Below, piece after piece: positions 18,884 to 29,140 of a stretch of 64,000 nt of DNA (positions within the stretch are counted from its first letter, which is position 1; each line of letters begins with the position of its first letter). A model generated the notes under the pieces. It made no database searches. It was not told where the DNA came from and saw only the letters and a program-made list of their open reading frames with translations. This DNA comes from Vulcanimicrobiota bacterium (lineage in GTDB: Bacteria; Vulcanimicrobiota; Xenobia; Xenobiales; JADMJV01). A program made the position numbers and the translations under genes. Location of the stretch: positions 3,848,992 through 3,912,991 of the forward strand of contig JBFWNU010000001.1 of NCBI GenBank assembly GCA_050250895.1, written 5' to 3'.

Positions 18884-20659
18884 CTACGACACCGCCTGGC
18901 GAGCCACGATGGCGTCACCTTCGACCCGCAGGTCGCAACTATTGGTGATGTAGCCGACCACATGCCGGGCGGCCTGTTCAAGGTCGTCGATGTAGATGTG
19001 CTCCATACCGGTGTGCATGTCGCGCTCGCCAGCGCCCACCGCCAGGCTACGGATATGACCGCTATTGAAGCCCACGGTGTTAGCGTCAGAGCCTGCTCCG
19101 GTCAGGATGGGGGCGTGAATGGGCCGGGGCTCGAGACCGGCCCGGGCCATCGACTGGAAGACCACCTGGATCAGCGGGTCTTCTTGCGAAAACTGATATT
19201 TGATCGAATCGGGATTGACGATGACCGCGTCGTTGGTCAGATGCACGTCCTTGACGCTCAGCGAGTCGACCACGAATCCGAGCGTCGGGCGGGTCGAGAT
19301 GTCTTCGGGCTTGAGTCGGCTGGCTCCGCGCAGGCCGCGTTCTTCATCGACCGGGAAGACCAGCTTGATTTCAGGATGGTCGAGCTGTTGCTCCAACACG
19401 CTGGTCACGCCTTCGAGAATCTCGGCCAGTCCGGCCCGATCGTCGGCCCCCAGCACGTGGCGCCCGTCGGTGTAGATGCGCTTGCCGTCGTTGCGGATCG
19501 AACCGGGGTTGGTGGGCTCGACCGTGTCTTGATGGGCGCTCAGCATGACCGTCGGTGCGTCTTGCTGGCCGGGGCTGGCCGGCAGGGTGCCGATGAGGGT
19601 GCCGTCTTCTTTGCGCTCGACCGCAAAGCCCAGGGCCTGCATGCGGGTGGTGAGTTCGGCCGTCACCGCCTGCTCTTTCCCTGAGGGTCCGTAGATGCCC
19701 GTCAGGGACACGAAGTTGTCGACCAGTCGCTGGCGATTGACTTTGGGTTCGGGACGGTCGTTAAAGTGGATGTTCTGGACCGGTTTTTCAGCTAGCAAAC
19801 GGTTGGTGGTCAAAGTGGTGTCCACCAGAAAGCCGACGATCGGCTCGGCAATGGCTCCGTTGAGCTTGAGAAAGCCCTTCTTGAGCGCCCCGGGCTCTTT
19901 GACGGCGGGTTGGCGGACGGGAGCTTTCACCCCGGCTGCCGACAGGCCGGTGCCGACCAATTCGCCAGCGGCCCGACCGATTCCGAGAAAGTTCTCTTCG
20001 AGGCCGCCGATGACCATGCCGGCCAGGGGGCCGACCATGCTCCCCATGACCTGCCCCACCAGCGAGTCGTAGCCGAACATGTTCGTGACCAGGTTGGGCA
20101 GTCCGTAGGCGCATACGAGCGTGCCAGCGGTGGCTCCGATCCCCTCGCCGATCTCGACCACCTTGTTGCGGGCGGGGGCACCGCCCTGGGCTCGGTGGAG
20201 CAGCGAGGGCAGCAGGGCTTCGCGAGGGGCGGCACCCGTAGCCGGCGCCTGGGCTAAAGTGACCGGGCCCGGAGTGGTTTCGGCCTTCGAGCCCAGAATG
20301 TGGCGGGCGGCGCCGACTCCGGCGCCCACGGCGCCCAGGGCCAGCTGACCCACTTTTTTGCCGATGCCGAGATAGCGCTCCTCCACCGAGACGGCGGCCA
20401 TGGTGCCGATGGACAGGGCGATGGCGGCGGGGATAGGAATGTCTGGCAGGCGCATCATCACCTGGAGTGGGACTTGCGAGGTGGCGTAGGCGACCAGACC
20501 GAGAGCTCCGAGTTTTTTGCCCTGGTGGCCCCAGCTCTGGGCGTGCTCCTGAACCGATGAAAGAAAGGAGTCTTCGGGCAATGCGGCCGCTGGGGCCGCC
20601 TGAGGACTGGCGTGAAGGTTTGCCCTTGGCGTAGGCAGGGGGAAAGATGCAATTTTCAC
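18884..20659 (-). CDS. M20/M42-family metallopeptidase with long hydrophobic N-terminal extension
   Basis: SAHQDTV, LGADDRAG, DEERGLRG, GSDAN, DMHT metal-binding motifs in the C-terminal half. Confidence 0.85.
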   Translation of the reverse strand: MKIASFPLPTPRANLHASPQAAPAAALPEDSFLSSVQEHAQSWGHQGKKLGALGLVAYATSQVPLQVMMRLPDIPIPAAIALSIGTMAAVSVEERYLGIGKKVGQLALGAVGAGVGAARHILGSKAETTPGPVTLAQAPATGAAPREALLPSLLHRAQGGAPARNKVVEIGEGIGATAGTLVCAYGLPNLVTNMFGYDSLVGQVMGSMVGPLAGMVIGGLEENFLGIGRAAGELVGTGLSAAGVKAPVRQPAVKEPGALKKGFLKLNGAIAEPIVGFLVDTTLTTNRLLAEKPVQNIHFNDRPEPKVNRQRLVDNFVSLTGIYGPSGKEQAVTAELTTRMQALGFAVERKEDGTLIGTLPASPGQQDAPTVMLSAHQDTVEPTNPGSIRNDGKRIYTDGRHVLGADDRAGLAEILEGVTSVLEQQLDHPEIKLVFPVDEERGLRGASRLKPEDISTRPTLGFVVDSLSVKDVHLTNDAVIVNPDSIKYQFSQEDPLIQVVFQSMARAGLEPRPIHAPILTGAGSDANTVGFNSGHIRSLAVGAGERDMHTGMEHIYIDDLEQAARHVVGYITNSCDLRVEGDAIVARQAVS

Positions 20660-20757
20660 AGTGAGATGACCTTTGTTTGATTTTTATCTATATGTGGCTC
20701 TATCTTCACACGACCCGCTTAAAGGAACCTGAAGTCGACCGGACCGAACGGCTGGGC

Positions 20758-22617
20758 ATGCGTAACTGTTTGCTGCTGGCTCTGCTGCTGGTCGGGTCCG
20801 CCTGGGGCGATCCGCGCCAGACCCACGAGGCCCTGTTCGAGCTGTTCTATCCAGCCGGGATGGAGGGGCGCGATCAGCTGACGGAGTCCGCCTGGCAAGC
20901 GTTCGGGTCCGGGCTCGACCTGAGGGGATTGGAGGGGCTCGCCGGCCCGCAACTGGGCCGGCGCCTGGCCGCCATGGCCGGGTCCGAGCGCGCCGACCTT
21001 CGGTTTCAAGCGGCCGCCTTGCGCCAGTTGTATGTCGGATTTATCTACTCTTCGCCGATCGGCTGGCAGCTGGCCCGCACCCAGGCCCCCTCCCTCGAAG
21101 GGGACGGGATGGAGTGGCCCCGCCTGCCGCCGGGCAACCTGGACAACCTCGACTTCGTGGTAGTCGGGAGCGGCCCGGCCGGCTCGGTCATCGCCCACGA
21201 ACTGGTCGGCTACGGCTATAAGGTGGCTCTGGTCGAACGCGGCAGTCTGGTCCGTCCAGGCTTTGTCGACACCCGCGAGGTCGCGCGCCTGAAAGAAGGT
21301 GGAGGCGCCGTGCCCACAGCGGATGGGTCGGTCCTCGTGCGCAACGCCGAGGTGGTGGGCGGAGGCACCACCGTCAATATCGACCTGGCCTTCGCTCCCA
21401 CCCTCGACCTGGTCCGCACGCGCCTGGACGCCTGGGGGGTCGAATGGGCCACGGCCGAACGGGTTGCCAACGCCTATACCTGGGTGGAGGAGAAAGTGGG
21501 CACGCGCTCTCCGGACCGGGCCGAGGTCAATGCCAACAACGACATTCTTTGGCAGGGAGCTGAGGCCATCGGGCTCGAGCCGCGTCTTTATGACCTGAAC
21601 ACCTACCCCCCCGGGCAATCGCCCTGGGTAGCCACCGATAAGCGCTCATCGGTCGAGTCGCTGCTCGTGCCCGCTTTCGAGCAAGGCCTGGTGATGCTGC
21701 CCGACGCCGAGGTGGAGCGAGTGGTGGTGGAAGAGGGAAGGGCCGTCGGAGTCGAGGTCCGCGGTCTCGAGCCCTGGCCGAACCGGGGGGTGGTGGTCGA
21801 CCCCTGCCAGTTGGGACTCGCTCCCGGGCAACGACGAGAGATTCGGGCCCGGCAGACGATTCTATGTGCTGGCGCGAAGGGCTCGGCCACCGTCCTGCTG
21901 CGCTCGGGTTTAGGTGGCCCCGAGGTGGGGCGCGGCGTGGTGCTGCACCCCTCCATCCCTCTCATCGGTCGGTTCGACCGAGAAATCAAGAACCTCGAGG
22001 GAACGCCTTCGACGGTCTATGTTCCCGAGGGCGATCTGCTGTATGAATGCATGGCCGCCGGACCCGGCTATGCGGCCGTGATGATGCCCGGCAGCGGGCC
22101 CGAGATCGCCGAACGGATCAAGGCGTTTCCGCATTTGGGCGGCTTCGGCGTGCTGGTGGTGGACGAGCCTCATCCCGAGAATCGGGTGGAGCTGGTCGAG
22201 GGCCGTCCGGTCGTGCGCTATAGCTTGCATCAGAAAGACAAGCAGAAGCTCGCTCACGGCGTGGCTCAATCAATCCGCATGCTGTTCGCGGCCGGAGCCC
22301 GCGAGGTATATCTGCCCACCTGCGAGCCGTTGCTGCCCGGTCAACAGCCGGGCCACCTGCTGGTGCTCACCAGCCCCGAACAGGCCGAGACGATAGAGCA
22401 AAATCTGCGCTTTATCAGCGCTTCGACGGTGCTGACCTCGGCCCACATGCAGTCGAGCTGCAAGTTGGGGGCCGTGGTCGACGAGCACTTTCGGGTGAAG
22501 GGAGTCGAGGGACTCTACCTGTGCGACTCGAGCGTGTTTCCGACCTCGGTGGGAGCCAATCCGATGCAGACCATCTACACCGTGGCCAAGCTGTTCGTAG
22601 AAGGCTTCGCGCCTTAG
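20758..22617 (+). CDS. GMC family FAD oxidoreductase, signal peptide
   Basis: VVGSGPAG, VVGGGTTVN, SAHMQSSC, DSSVFPTSVGANP. Confidence 0.9.
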   Translation: MRNCLLLALLLVGSAWGDPRQTHEALFELFYPAGMEGRDQLTESAWQAFGSGLDLRGLEGLAGPQLGRRLAAMAGSERADLRFQAAALRQLYVGFIYSSPIGWQLARTQAPSLEGDGMEWPRLPPGNLDNLDFVVVGSGPAGSVIAHELVGYGYKVALVERGSLVRPGFVDTREVARLKEGGGAVPTADGSVLVRNAEVVGGGTTVNIDLAFAPTLDLVRTRLDAWGVEWATAERVANAYTWVEEKVGTRSPDRAEVNANNDILWQGAEAIGLEPRLYDLNTYPPGQSPWVATDKRSSVESLLVPAFEQGLVMLPDAEVERVVVEEGRAVGVEVRGLEPWPNRGVVVDPCQLGLAPGQRREIRARQTILCAGAKGSATVLLRSGLGGPEVGRGVVLHPSIPLIGRFDREIKNLEGTPSTVYVPEGDLLYECMAAGPGYAAVMMPGSGPEIAERIKAFPHLGGFGVLVVDEPHPENRVELVEGRPVVRYSLHQKDKQKLAHGVAQSIRMLFAAGAREVYLPTCEPLLPGQQPGHLLVLTSPEQAETIEQNLRFISASTVLTSAHMQSSCKLGAVVDEHFRVKGVEGLYLCDSSVFPTSVGANPMQTIYTVAKLFVEGFAP

Positions 22618-22663
22618 GGCCTTTCCGGAAACAACTCGTGCCTTCGGGGAGCCTGACAGGCCC

Positions 22664-24916
22664 TTAGTCTGCCGGGGTCAGGCCGTGGTCCGAGGCCCAG
22701 CGGGCCGCGGCTGTACGCGACGGCACCCCGAGCTTGCGATAGATCGAGCGCAGGTGGACCATCACGGTCTGGGGGCTGATCGAAAGAGCCTCGGCGATTT
22801 CTTTGTTAGAGACCCCGGTGGCCGTCACTCGCAACACCTCGACTTCACGACTGGTCAGGCCTTCGAGCCCCTCGAGCTGATGAGAGTCAAGCTCTTTAAG
22901 CAAGGCTTCTAAGCCGATGTTCTCGGTGCGCACCTGGGCCAGCGACGCGCCCAACGCCTTGCGCAGGCGCGATTCGATCTCGCCGTAGTCCTGGCTGTCA
23001 GAGGCCTCTAGCTTGACCCCGATCGAGGCCAGAAGCTGGTCGGCGGCGCCTAAGAATCTGGCTCCCAGGCGGTCGCGGCCCTGGCCCGCCAACACTCCAG
23101 CCAAACCGATCAGACACAGGGCCAAACCGTGGCGGGCTCCGGCCCTGCGCCACAGGCCCAGAGCCTCGCGAAAGCCGTTGCCGGCCTCCTCCCAGCTCTG
23201 TTGACTCAGCTCGACATAGGCCAGATTCTGCAGGGCCAGGGCGGCCAGCGAGAATTCGTGCAGCTCGGTGAAGAGATCGGCGGCCGAGCGAAAGTGGCGG
23301 CTGGCCTGGCCCCGCTCGCGACGGCTGCGATGGACCTCGCCCAGGGCGTTGTGGGCCCAGGCTTCTCCCAGGGGATATTCTTGCTGCTGGGCCAGGCGCA
23401 GGCTCTGGTGCAAAAGATCGACCGCTTCGTCCAGGCGACCCTCGACCCAGGCCACCCGTCCCAGGCCGTTGAGAGCATCGACCTGGCGCGGATAATCGCC
23501 CTGCTGGCGGGCCGTTTCAAACAGTTCGCCCGCGGCGCGATAATCGCCCTCGCGAAAACGCAGTTGAGCCAGGCCAGAGAGGGTTTCCGAGGCACGGGCC
23601 TGATCTTGCCACAGTTCCAAGGCCCGGCGATAGTGGCCGCCGGCCCCGATATAGTCCCCCTGGTGGCGCATCAGGGTGGCTAGAAAGTGCAGCGCCAGGG
23701 CAGACTCGCCTTGCGACAGCAACCCTTCGATGGCGCGGCGACCTTCTTCGAGCAGGCTGCAGGCCTCCCAATACCAGCCTAGCAATCCGGCCAGCTCGAG
23801 GGCTTGAGGCCCCTCGAGTTGCTCGAGGGCCTGCATCAGGTTGGCCCGCTCGAGGGCCAGGCGCTTCAACCCGGCGGCGTGGCCCCGACCGCCGCGCCAG
23901 GCTTCCAACTCGCCGGCCAGGTCGAGATAGTGGCGGGCGTGGGCCTGGCGCACCTCCGGGGCCTCTCCCAGGCGCTGGCCGACGTAGGCTCTGACTGTTT
24001 CTAGCAAGGCAAAGCGGCTCTCTCCGGCCAGGCTGTGGCGGGTGGCCACCAGGCTCTGGTCGGCCAGTTCGAGCAAGTCGGGGCGGGGGCAGCCGACCTC
24101 GGCCGCGGCCTGGTGAGTAAAGCTGCCGCGAAAGACGGCCAGCCGCAAGAACGACTGCTGCAGGGTGGGGCTCAGCAAGCCGAAGCTCCAGTCGAGGGTG
24201 TTGGCCAGGGTTTGCTGGCGGGCGGGCCGGTCGGGGCCGCCCCCACTGAGCAACTCGATGCTGTCTTCGAGACTGGCATTGAGTTCGACCAGCCCCAGGT
24301 GGCGCAGTCGCGCCGCCGCCAGTTCGAGGCACAGGGGAATGCCGTCAAGGCGCCGGCACAACTCCTCGACTGCCTCGCGGTTCTGGTCGTTGACCACAAA
24401 ATCGGGACGCACCGCCCGAGCCCGCTCCATCAACAACCGGGTGGCCGTGGCCTCATCGAGGGGGTCGAGATGCAACAGACGTTCACCGGCGAGCAACAGA
24501 GGCGCGCGGCTGGTGGTGAGCAGGCGCAGTTGGGGGTGGCGTTCGAGCAGTTCGGTCAGTTGTCCGGCCTCTTCGCGCAGGTGCTCGAGATTGTCGAAGA
24601 CGATCAGGGTCGAACCGGATAACACCGTGTCCAGCCGGGTGTGCCACTCATCCCAGCCACACTCGGGTAGCTCGAGGGTTTGGCCCAACCGCGATAACAG
24701 AGCGTGCTCGCCCGGGCGCACGTCTTCGAGCCGAACCCAGGCCAGGGCCTGACCCCAGAGGCTGGTTGCTTCTTGAGCTAGCCGCGTCTTGCCAATGCCG
24801 CCCGGACCCACCAGGGTCATCAGCCGCACTCCGGGATCGCCCAGCCAGGTCTTGAGCTGGGCCAGTTCAGAGCGACGCCCGACCAGCGGATAGGCCGGTG
24901 AAGGGAGGCGAGCCAT
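22664..24916 (-). CDS. ATPase (NB-ARC-like)-TPR-LuxR transcriptional regulator
   Basis: [30 protein letters not shown], TPRs, LTSREVEVL...SNKEIA HTH. Confidence 0.93.
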   Translation of the reverse strand: MARLPSPAYPLVGRRSELAQLKTWLGDPGVRLMTLVGPGGIGKTRLAQEATSLWGQALAWVRLEDVRPGEHALLSRLGQTLELPECGWDEWHTRLDTVLSGSTLIVFDNLEHLREEAGQLTELLERHPQLRLLTTSRAPLLLAGERLLHLDPLDEATATRLLMERARAVRPDFVVNDQNREAVEELCRRLDGIPLCLELAAARLRHLGLVELNASLEDSIELLSGGGPDRPARQQTLANTLDWSFGLLSPTLQQSFLRLAVFRGSFTHQAAAEVGCPRPDLLELADQSLVATRHSLAGESRFALLETVRAYVGQRLGEAPEVRQAHARHYLDLAGELEAWRGGRGHAAGLKRLALERANLMQALEQLEGPQALELAGLLGWYWEACSLLEEGRRAIEGLLSQGESALALHFLATLMRHQGDYIGAGGHYRRALELWQDQARASETLSGLAQLRFREGDYRAAGELFETARQQGDYPRQVDALNGLGRVAWVEGRLDEAVDLLHQSLRLAQQQEYPLGEAWAHNALGEVHRSRRERGQASRHFRSAADLFTELHEFSLAALALQNLAYVELSQQSWEEAGNGFREALGLWRRAGARHGLALCLIGLAGVLAGQGRDRLGARFLGAADQLLASIGVKLEASDSQDYGEIESRLRKALGASLAQVRTENIGLEALLKELDSHQLEGLEGLTSREVEVLRVTATGVSNKEIAEALSISPQTVMVHLRSIYRKLGVPSRTAAARWASDHGLTPAD

Positions 24917-24921
24917 CGGCT

Positions 24922-25137
24922 CTAGAGGACCTCGGTGAGCAGCTCTTCGCGCGGCTTTTGGATCACCTGGGCCCCGGCCTCGACGGCGCTCTGCATGTGG
25001 GCCACCGAGAACGACTCGAGGATCCCCAACGCCTGCGTCTGGCCCCGCGGGGGGGTGGCCACAACCCCCAGACTCTTGAGCTGCTCTGTCAGCATCACGG
25101 TCAGTTCGCCCGCTCGCAGGGTTGCCCTCTTCGCCAC
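24922..25137 (-). CDS. Small hypothetical protein
   Basis: 71-aa ORF ending 5 nt before the LuxR gene start. Confidence 0.45.
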   Translation of the reverse strand: MAKRATLRAGELTVMLTEQLKSLGVVATPPRGQTQALGILESFSVAHMQSAVEAGAQVIQKPREELLTEVL

Positions 25138-25180
25138 TTACAAGACAGGTAGGCCGGCCCCTCGTGAGGAAAAGCGCACG

Positions 25181-27025
25181 ATGTCCCGCTTTGATTCAAC
25201 TTACGATCCCGTCCCCCTAAAACGCTGGGCCGAGTCGGCCCCTATCAAGACGCTGCCGGGCCTGATGGCCCGGGCCGTGGCCGAACACGGCGATGTCCCC
25301 TTTTTGGGTTGGAAGGAGGGCAAGGGTTACCTCTATCACACCTATCGCGAGACCCTGCGGGAGGCCGAGCAGTTCGCCGCCGCCCTCATCGAGCTGGGTG
25401 TCGAGCCCAAAGACCGAGTGGCCTTGATGTCGTCGAATCGACCGGAGTGGGTCATTACCGACATCGGCGCCATGCAAGCCGCCGCCATCAACGTTCCCCT
25501 CTATCCCACTTTATCCGAGCAGGCGGTCGAATACATCCTGAACGACTCGGCCGCCCGGGTGGCCGTGGCCGCCACGGCCGACCACGCCCGCAAGATTCTG
25601 GCCGCCGAGGCCGACGACCTCGAGGTACTGGTTTGTATGGAGGGCATCGACGGTCTCGGGAGCGACAAACGTCTCTTTGATTGGACGGGCTTTCTCACGT
25701 TCGGCGCCGGCTTGCTCGAGACCCACCGGCCCGAGATCGAGCGGCGCATCGCTGCCATCGAGGCCACCGACGTGTGTAGCCTGGTCTATACCTCGGGCAC
25801 CACCGGCGATCCCAAGGGAGCCATGTTGATGCATGGCAATTTCGTCTCGAACTGCACGGCCGTCCTCGACCACCTGGGCATCACCCCCGGCGAGGTGCAG
25901 CTGTCTTTTCTGCCCCTGTCGCACGTGTTCGAGCGGGTCGTCTATTACACAATGATGGCCAGCGGGGCCACCATTTGCTATGCCCAGAGCATCGAAACCG
26001 TGCGCGACGACATCCTCGAGGTTAGACCTCACTTGATGCCGGCTGTGCCGCGCCTGTACGAGAAGATTCACGCCGGGGTGATGGCCCGGCTGGCGGCCGG
26101 CTCGTCGGCCAGGCAGCAAGTTTTCACGGGCGCCATGGAAGTGGGCAAGAAATACTTCGACGCTCGTTGCCAGGGCAAGGTGCCCCGGGCCCTGAAGCTG
26201 GCCTATGCCATGGCGTTCAAATTGGCGCTCAAGAAGATCCATCAGGCCATGGGCGGTCGCATGCGCCACCTCATCTCGGGCGGAGCCCCGCTTCGAGTCG
26301 ATGTCGGGGAGTTCTTCCTTCACGCTGGTTTCTCGCTCATCGAGGGCTACGGCCTCACCGAGACCAGCCCCGGCATCACCTTCAACCCCCCGGACCGGCC
26401 CAAGATCGGAACGGTCGGCAAATGCCTCGAGCATGTCGAGGTAAAGATCGCCGACGATGGCGAGATCCTCTCCCGCGGTCCCAACACGATGCTCGGCTAC
26501 TTCAACAACCTCGAGGCCACTCGGGCGGTGATCGATGACGACGGCTGGTTCGCCACCGGGGATGTGGGCGAACTCGACAGCGACGGCTATCTGCGCATCA
26601 CCGATCGCAAGAAAGAGATTCTGGTGATGTCCAACGGCAAGAACGTGGCTCCCGCCCCGATCGAGCAGGCGCTCAAGTCCAGTCCCTATATAGAACAGGC
26701 AGTGCTGATCGGTGATAATCGCAAGTTCATCAGCGCCCTGGTGGTGCCGTCCTTCGCCAGCCTGGAAAGCTTCATCAAAGACCGTCAATTGCCGGCCGAA
26801 CCAGAACAATTGGTCGAGCATGAGACCCTGCGCGGCTTTCTTTTGGAAGAATGCCAACGGGTCTTGCGCGAGTTTTCGAACTATGAGCAGGTCAAGAAGA
26901 TCGCTTTGTTGCCGCGGGAGTTGACTCAGGAAACCGGCGAACTCACCCCCAAACTGAGCGTCAAACGCCGGGTGGTGGCCGAGAAATTCGCCGACCAGAT
27001 CGAGGGGCTCTACGCCACCGAGTAG
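25181..27025 (+). CDS. Long-chain acyl-CoA synthetase (AMP-binding)
   Basis: [42 protein letters not shown]; RBS GAGG. Confidence 0.95.
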   Translation: MSRFDSTYDPVPLKRWAESAPIKTLPGLMARAVAEHGDVPFLGWKEGKGYLYHTYRETLREAEQFAAALIELGVEPKDRVALMSSNRPEWVITDIGAMQAAAINVPLYPTLSEQAVEYILNDSAARVAVAATADHARKILAAEADDLEVLVCMEGIDGLGSDKRLFDWTGFLTFGAGLLETHRPEIERRIAAIEATDVCSLVYTSGTTGDPKGAMLMHGNFVSNCTAVLDHLGITPGEVQLSFLPLSHVFERVVYYTMMASGATICYAQSIETVRDDILEVRPHLMPAVPRLYEKIHAGVMARLAAGSSARQQVFTGAMEVGKKYFDARCQGKVPRALKLAYAMAFKLALKKIHQAMGGRMRHLISGGAPLRVDVGEFFLHAGFSLIEGYGLTETSPGITFNPPDRPKIGTVGKCLEHVEVKIADDGEILSRGPNTMLGYFNNLEATRAVIDDDGWFATGDVGELDSDGYLRITDRKKEILVMSNGKNVAPAPIEQALKSSPYIEQAVLIGDNRKFISALVVPSFASLESFIKDRQLPAEPEQLVEHETLRGFLLEECQRVLREFSNYEQVKKIALLPRELTQETGELTPKLSVKRRVVAEKFADQIEGLYATE

Positions 27026-27056
27026 CCCAACACTGGGCACCTCTTGCGCAGCCCCG

Positions 27057-27614
27057 CTAGCCGCCGGAGTTGGTCTGGAGATACCAGAAGGTGAAGCCGG
27101 CGCCGACCAGACAGAGCAGGGCCAGGCTGCCCACGATCAGAGCCCACAGGCTGATACGCCGCGGCTTGCGCTGGCCTTTCGAGGTCTCTGCCAGCAACTG
27201 GATACGGCGCTTGTCGAAGGCGGCGGCCATCTCTTTGAGCTGGCCGAAGTGGCGGTCGAGCGCGCCGGGTCGGGTGTGGTCACAATAGAAAAAGCCCAGG
27301 GGCTCGCCGGTGATGGAGCGCAGCGGCACGCAAGCGGCAGCGCGGTGGGTGGGATTGAAGCGGATCTGAGGGCGCTCGCGCAGGTCAGAACACAGGACCG
27401 TCTTGTTCTTGTGGAGGACCTGCTCGAGGAGCGGGCGATAGATGGTCGGCTCGCGCCAGATGTCACCCTCGAAGCCGTAGATGCCCAGGCTGGGTGGCTG
27501 GCTGGTGGGCTGCTCGGCGAAGACCACCACGGCGCGTTCGGCATGGAAGTCATTGACCATCACGCGGATGGCCGTCTTGACCATCTTGGTCAGATCGGGG
27601 GCGGTGTCGAACAA
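27057..27614 (-). CDS. GAF-like domain protein with C-terminal TM helix
   Basis: AAACVPLRSITGEPLGFFYCD GAF strand; hydrophobic C-terminus; start codon uncertain. Confidence 0.65.
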   Translation of the reverse strand: MFDTAPDLTKMVKTAIRVMVNDFHAERAVVVFAEQPTSQPPSLGIYGFEGDIWREPTIYRPLLEQVLHKNKTVLCSDLRERPQIRFNPTHRAAACVPLRSITGEPLGFFYCDHTRPGALDRHFGQLKEMAAAFDKRRIQLLAETSKGQRKPRRISLWALIVGSLALLCLVGAGFTFWYLQTNSGG

Positions 27615-27730
27615 ACTGGTTGATGGCCCTCCCGCTCCATCGTATCGGGTGCTCGCCGGTAGGAGAAGACACCAAATGTTAAAATTTGCGTTCGACCAGG
27701 GGCGGCCGCAGGGGCGGAGAAACTGCCGCG

Positions 27731-29071
27731 ATGATACCCAGCGATGCCGCCGCCACCCGGGCGGCAAAGGCTTTTCGTGGCTTGCTCGAGGCCGACCCGG
27801 TCGGGACCCGCCAGCAATACCAGCAGTTTTGTGATCAGCTGCGCCAGCAGCATATCATGGTGGGCGACGATGTGGCTCCCTTTTGCTTTGCTCCGGCGGT
27901 CATCTCGCAAAAGCGTTACGCCCCGATCAAGTCTCAGGTAGCTCGGCTGATGCGCATCCTGACTCGGCTCGAGCCGATGCTGCTGCGGCCGCGCTGGCTC
28001 GAAGCGCTGGGGATTTCTGAGGCCGAACAAGACCTGATCCGGCTACCGGCGGGCTTCGGGCTGGGTATTCACGTGAGCCGGGTGGACGGCTTTCTAGGCC
28101 CCGCCCGGGGCAAAGACACCGGATTTCGCATCGTCGAGCTCAATGTGGATAGTCCCGGCGGAGCCGCCTATCTCGACGCCTGTGGCGAGCTGCTGCTCAA
28201 GACGCCAGCCTGGAAGCAGTTTCGGGCCAAGTTTCCGGGTGGGTGCCTCAAGGCCGGCAAAAGCATCCTCGAGCTGCTGCTCAAGGCCTGGAATCTGTGG
28301 GGCGGCATCGGGACACCTCGGGTCGGCATCGTCGACTGGGTGACGGTCAGCACCGTGTCGGAGTTCGATGTGCTCAAGCGCCAGTTCGACCGGGCGGGCA
28401 TCGAGACGGTGGTGGCCGACCCTCGCGAGCTGGAGTTCTCGAAGGGAAAACTCCGTGACTATGATGGCAAGCCGCTGGACCTGGTCTATCGGCGGGTGCT
28501 GGTCGAGGACATTCTGGCGCACGGGGGCGACGCTAGAGCCTTGCTCGATGCCTATCGAGCCGGGGCGGTGTGCCTGGTCAATCCCTTTCGTTGCAAGCCT
28601 TTGACCGTCAAGTCCCTGCTGGCCGTCTTTCACAACCCCGAGATGGCCGAGTTGCTGACCAGATCCGACCTGAAGTTCTTGCATTCTATCGTGCCCTGGA
28701 CGGCCGTGGTCGAAGACGGGCCGAACCTCGAGCGCATCGAGAGGGAGCAGCAGGAACTGGTGCTCAAGCCGGCCGACAGCTGGGGCGGCCAGGGATTGTA
28801 TCTGGGCTGGGAGATGGGCTCCAGCCAGTGGCGCCAGGCCATGGACGAGGCGCTCAAGGGTCGTTATGTGGCCCAGCAACGGGTTCATATCCCTCAGGCC
28901 GAGTTTCCGGTGGCGGTGGATCACGGGTGGGAATATCACGATTTTCGCATCGACTTCGACCCCTACACCTTCTCGACCAGGGTGGGCACGCCGCTCATGC
29001 GGCTTTCGGCTAGCGATATGCTCAACATCAAGGCCGGTGGCCAGATGTCGGTCACTTACATCCTGAAATAG
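27731..29071 (+). CDS. Circularly permuted ATP-grasp (glutathionylspermidine synthetase-like) ligase
   Basis: SRVDG, ELNVDSPGG, DLVYRR, VLKPADSWGGQG, YVAQ, LNIKAGG. Confidence 0.85.
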   Translation: MIPSDAAATRAAKAFRGLLEADPVGTRQQYQQFCDQLRQQHIMVGDDVAPFCFAPAVISQKRYAPIKSQVARLMRILTRLEPMLLRPRWLEALGISEAEQDLIRLPAGFGLGIHVSRVDGFLGPARGKDTGFRIVELNVDSPGGAAYLDACGELLLKTPAWKQFRAKFPGGCLKAGKSILELLLKAWNLWGGIGTPRVGIVDWVTVSTVSEFDVLKRQFDRAGIETVVADPRELEFSKGKLRDYDGKPLDLVYRRVLVEDILAHGGDARALLDAYRAGAVCLVNPFRCKPLTVKSLLAVFHNPEMAELLTRSDLKFLHSIVPWTAVVEDGPNLERIEREQQELVLKPADSWGGQGLYLGWEMGSSQWRQAMDEALKGRYVAQQRVHIPQAEFPVAVDHGWEYHDFRIDFDPYTFSTRVGTPLMRLSASDMLNIKAGGQMSVTYILK

Positions 29072-29140
29072 TTACAATCGTTAACGGGATGTTCAACTTG
29101 GCGGCTTGTCGCGGCTTGCCGGCGTCGGGATAGATAGAGT

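Noticed and set aside
25511-27040. Long antisense ORFs (e.g. 25511..27040, 32927..34156, 35577..36815, 52030..53259)
   Set aside because: Typical stop-poor antisense shadows of high-GC genes with no recognisable motifs
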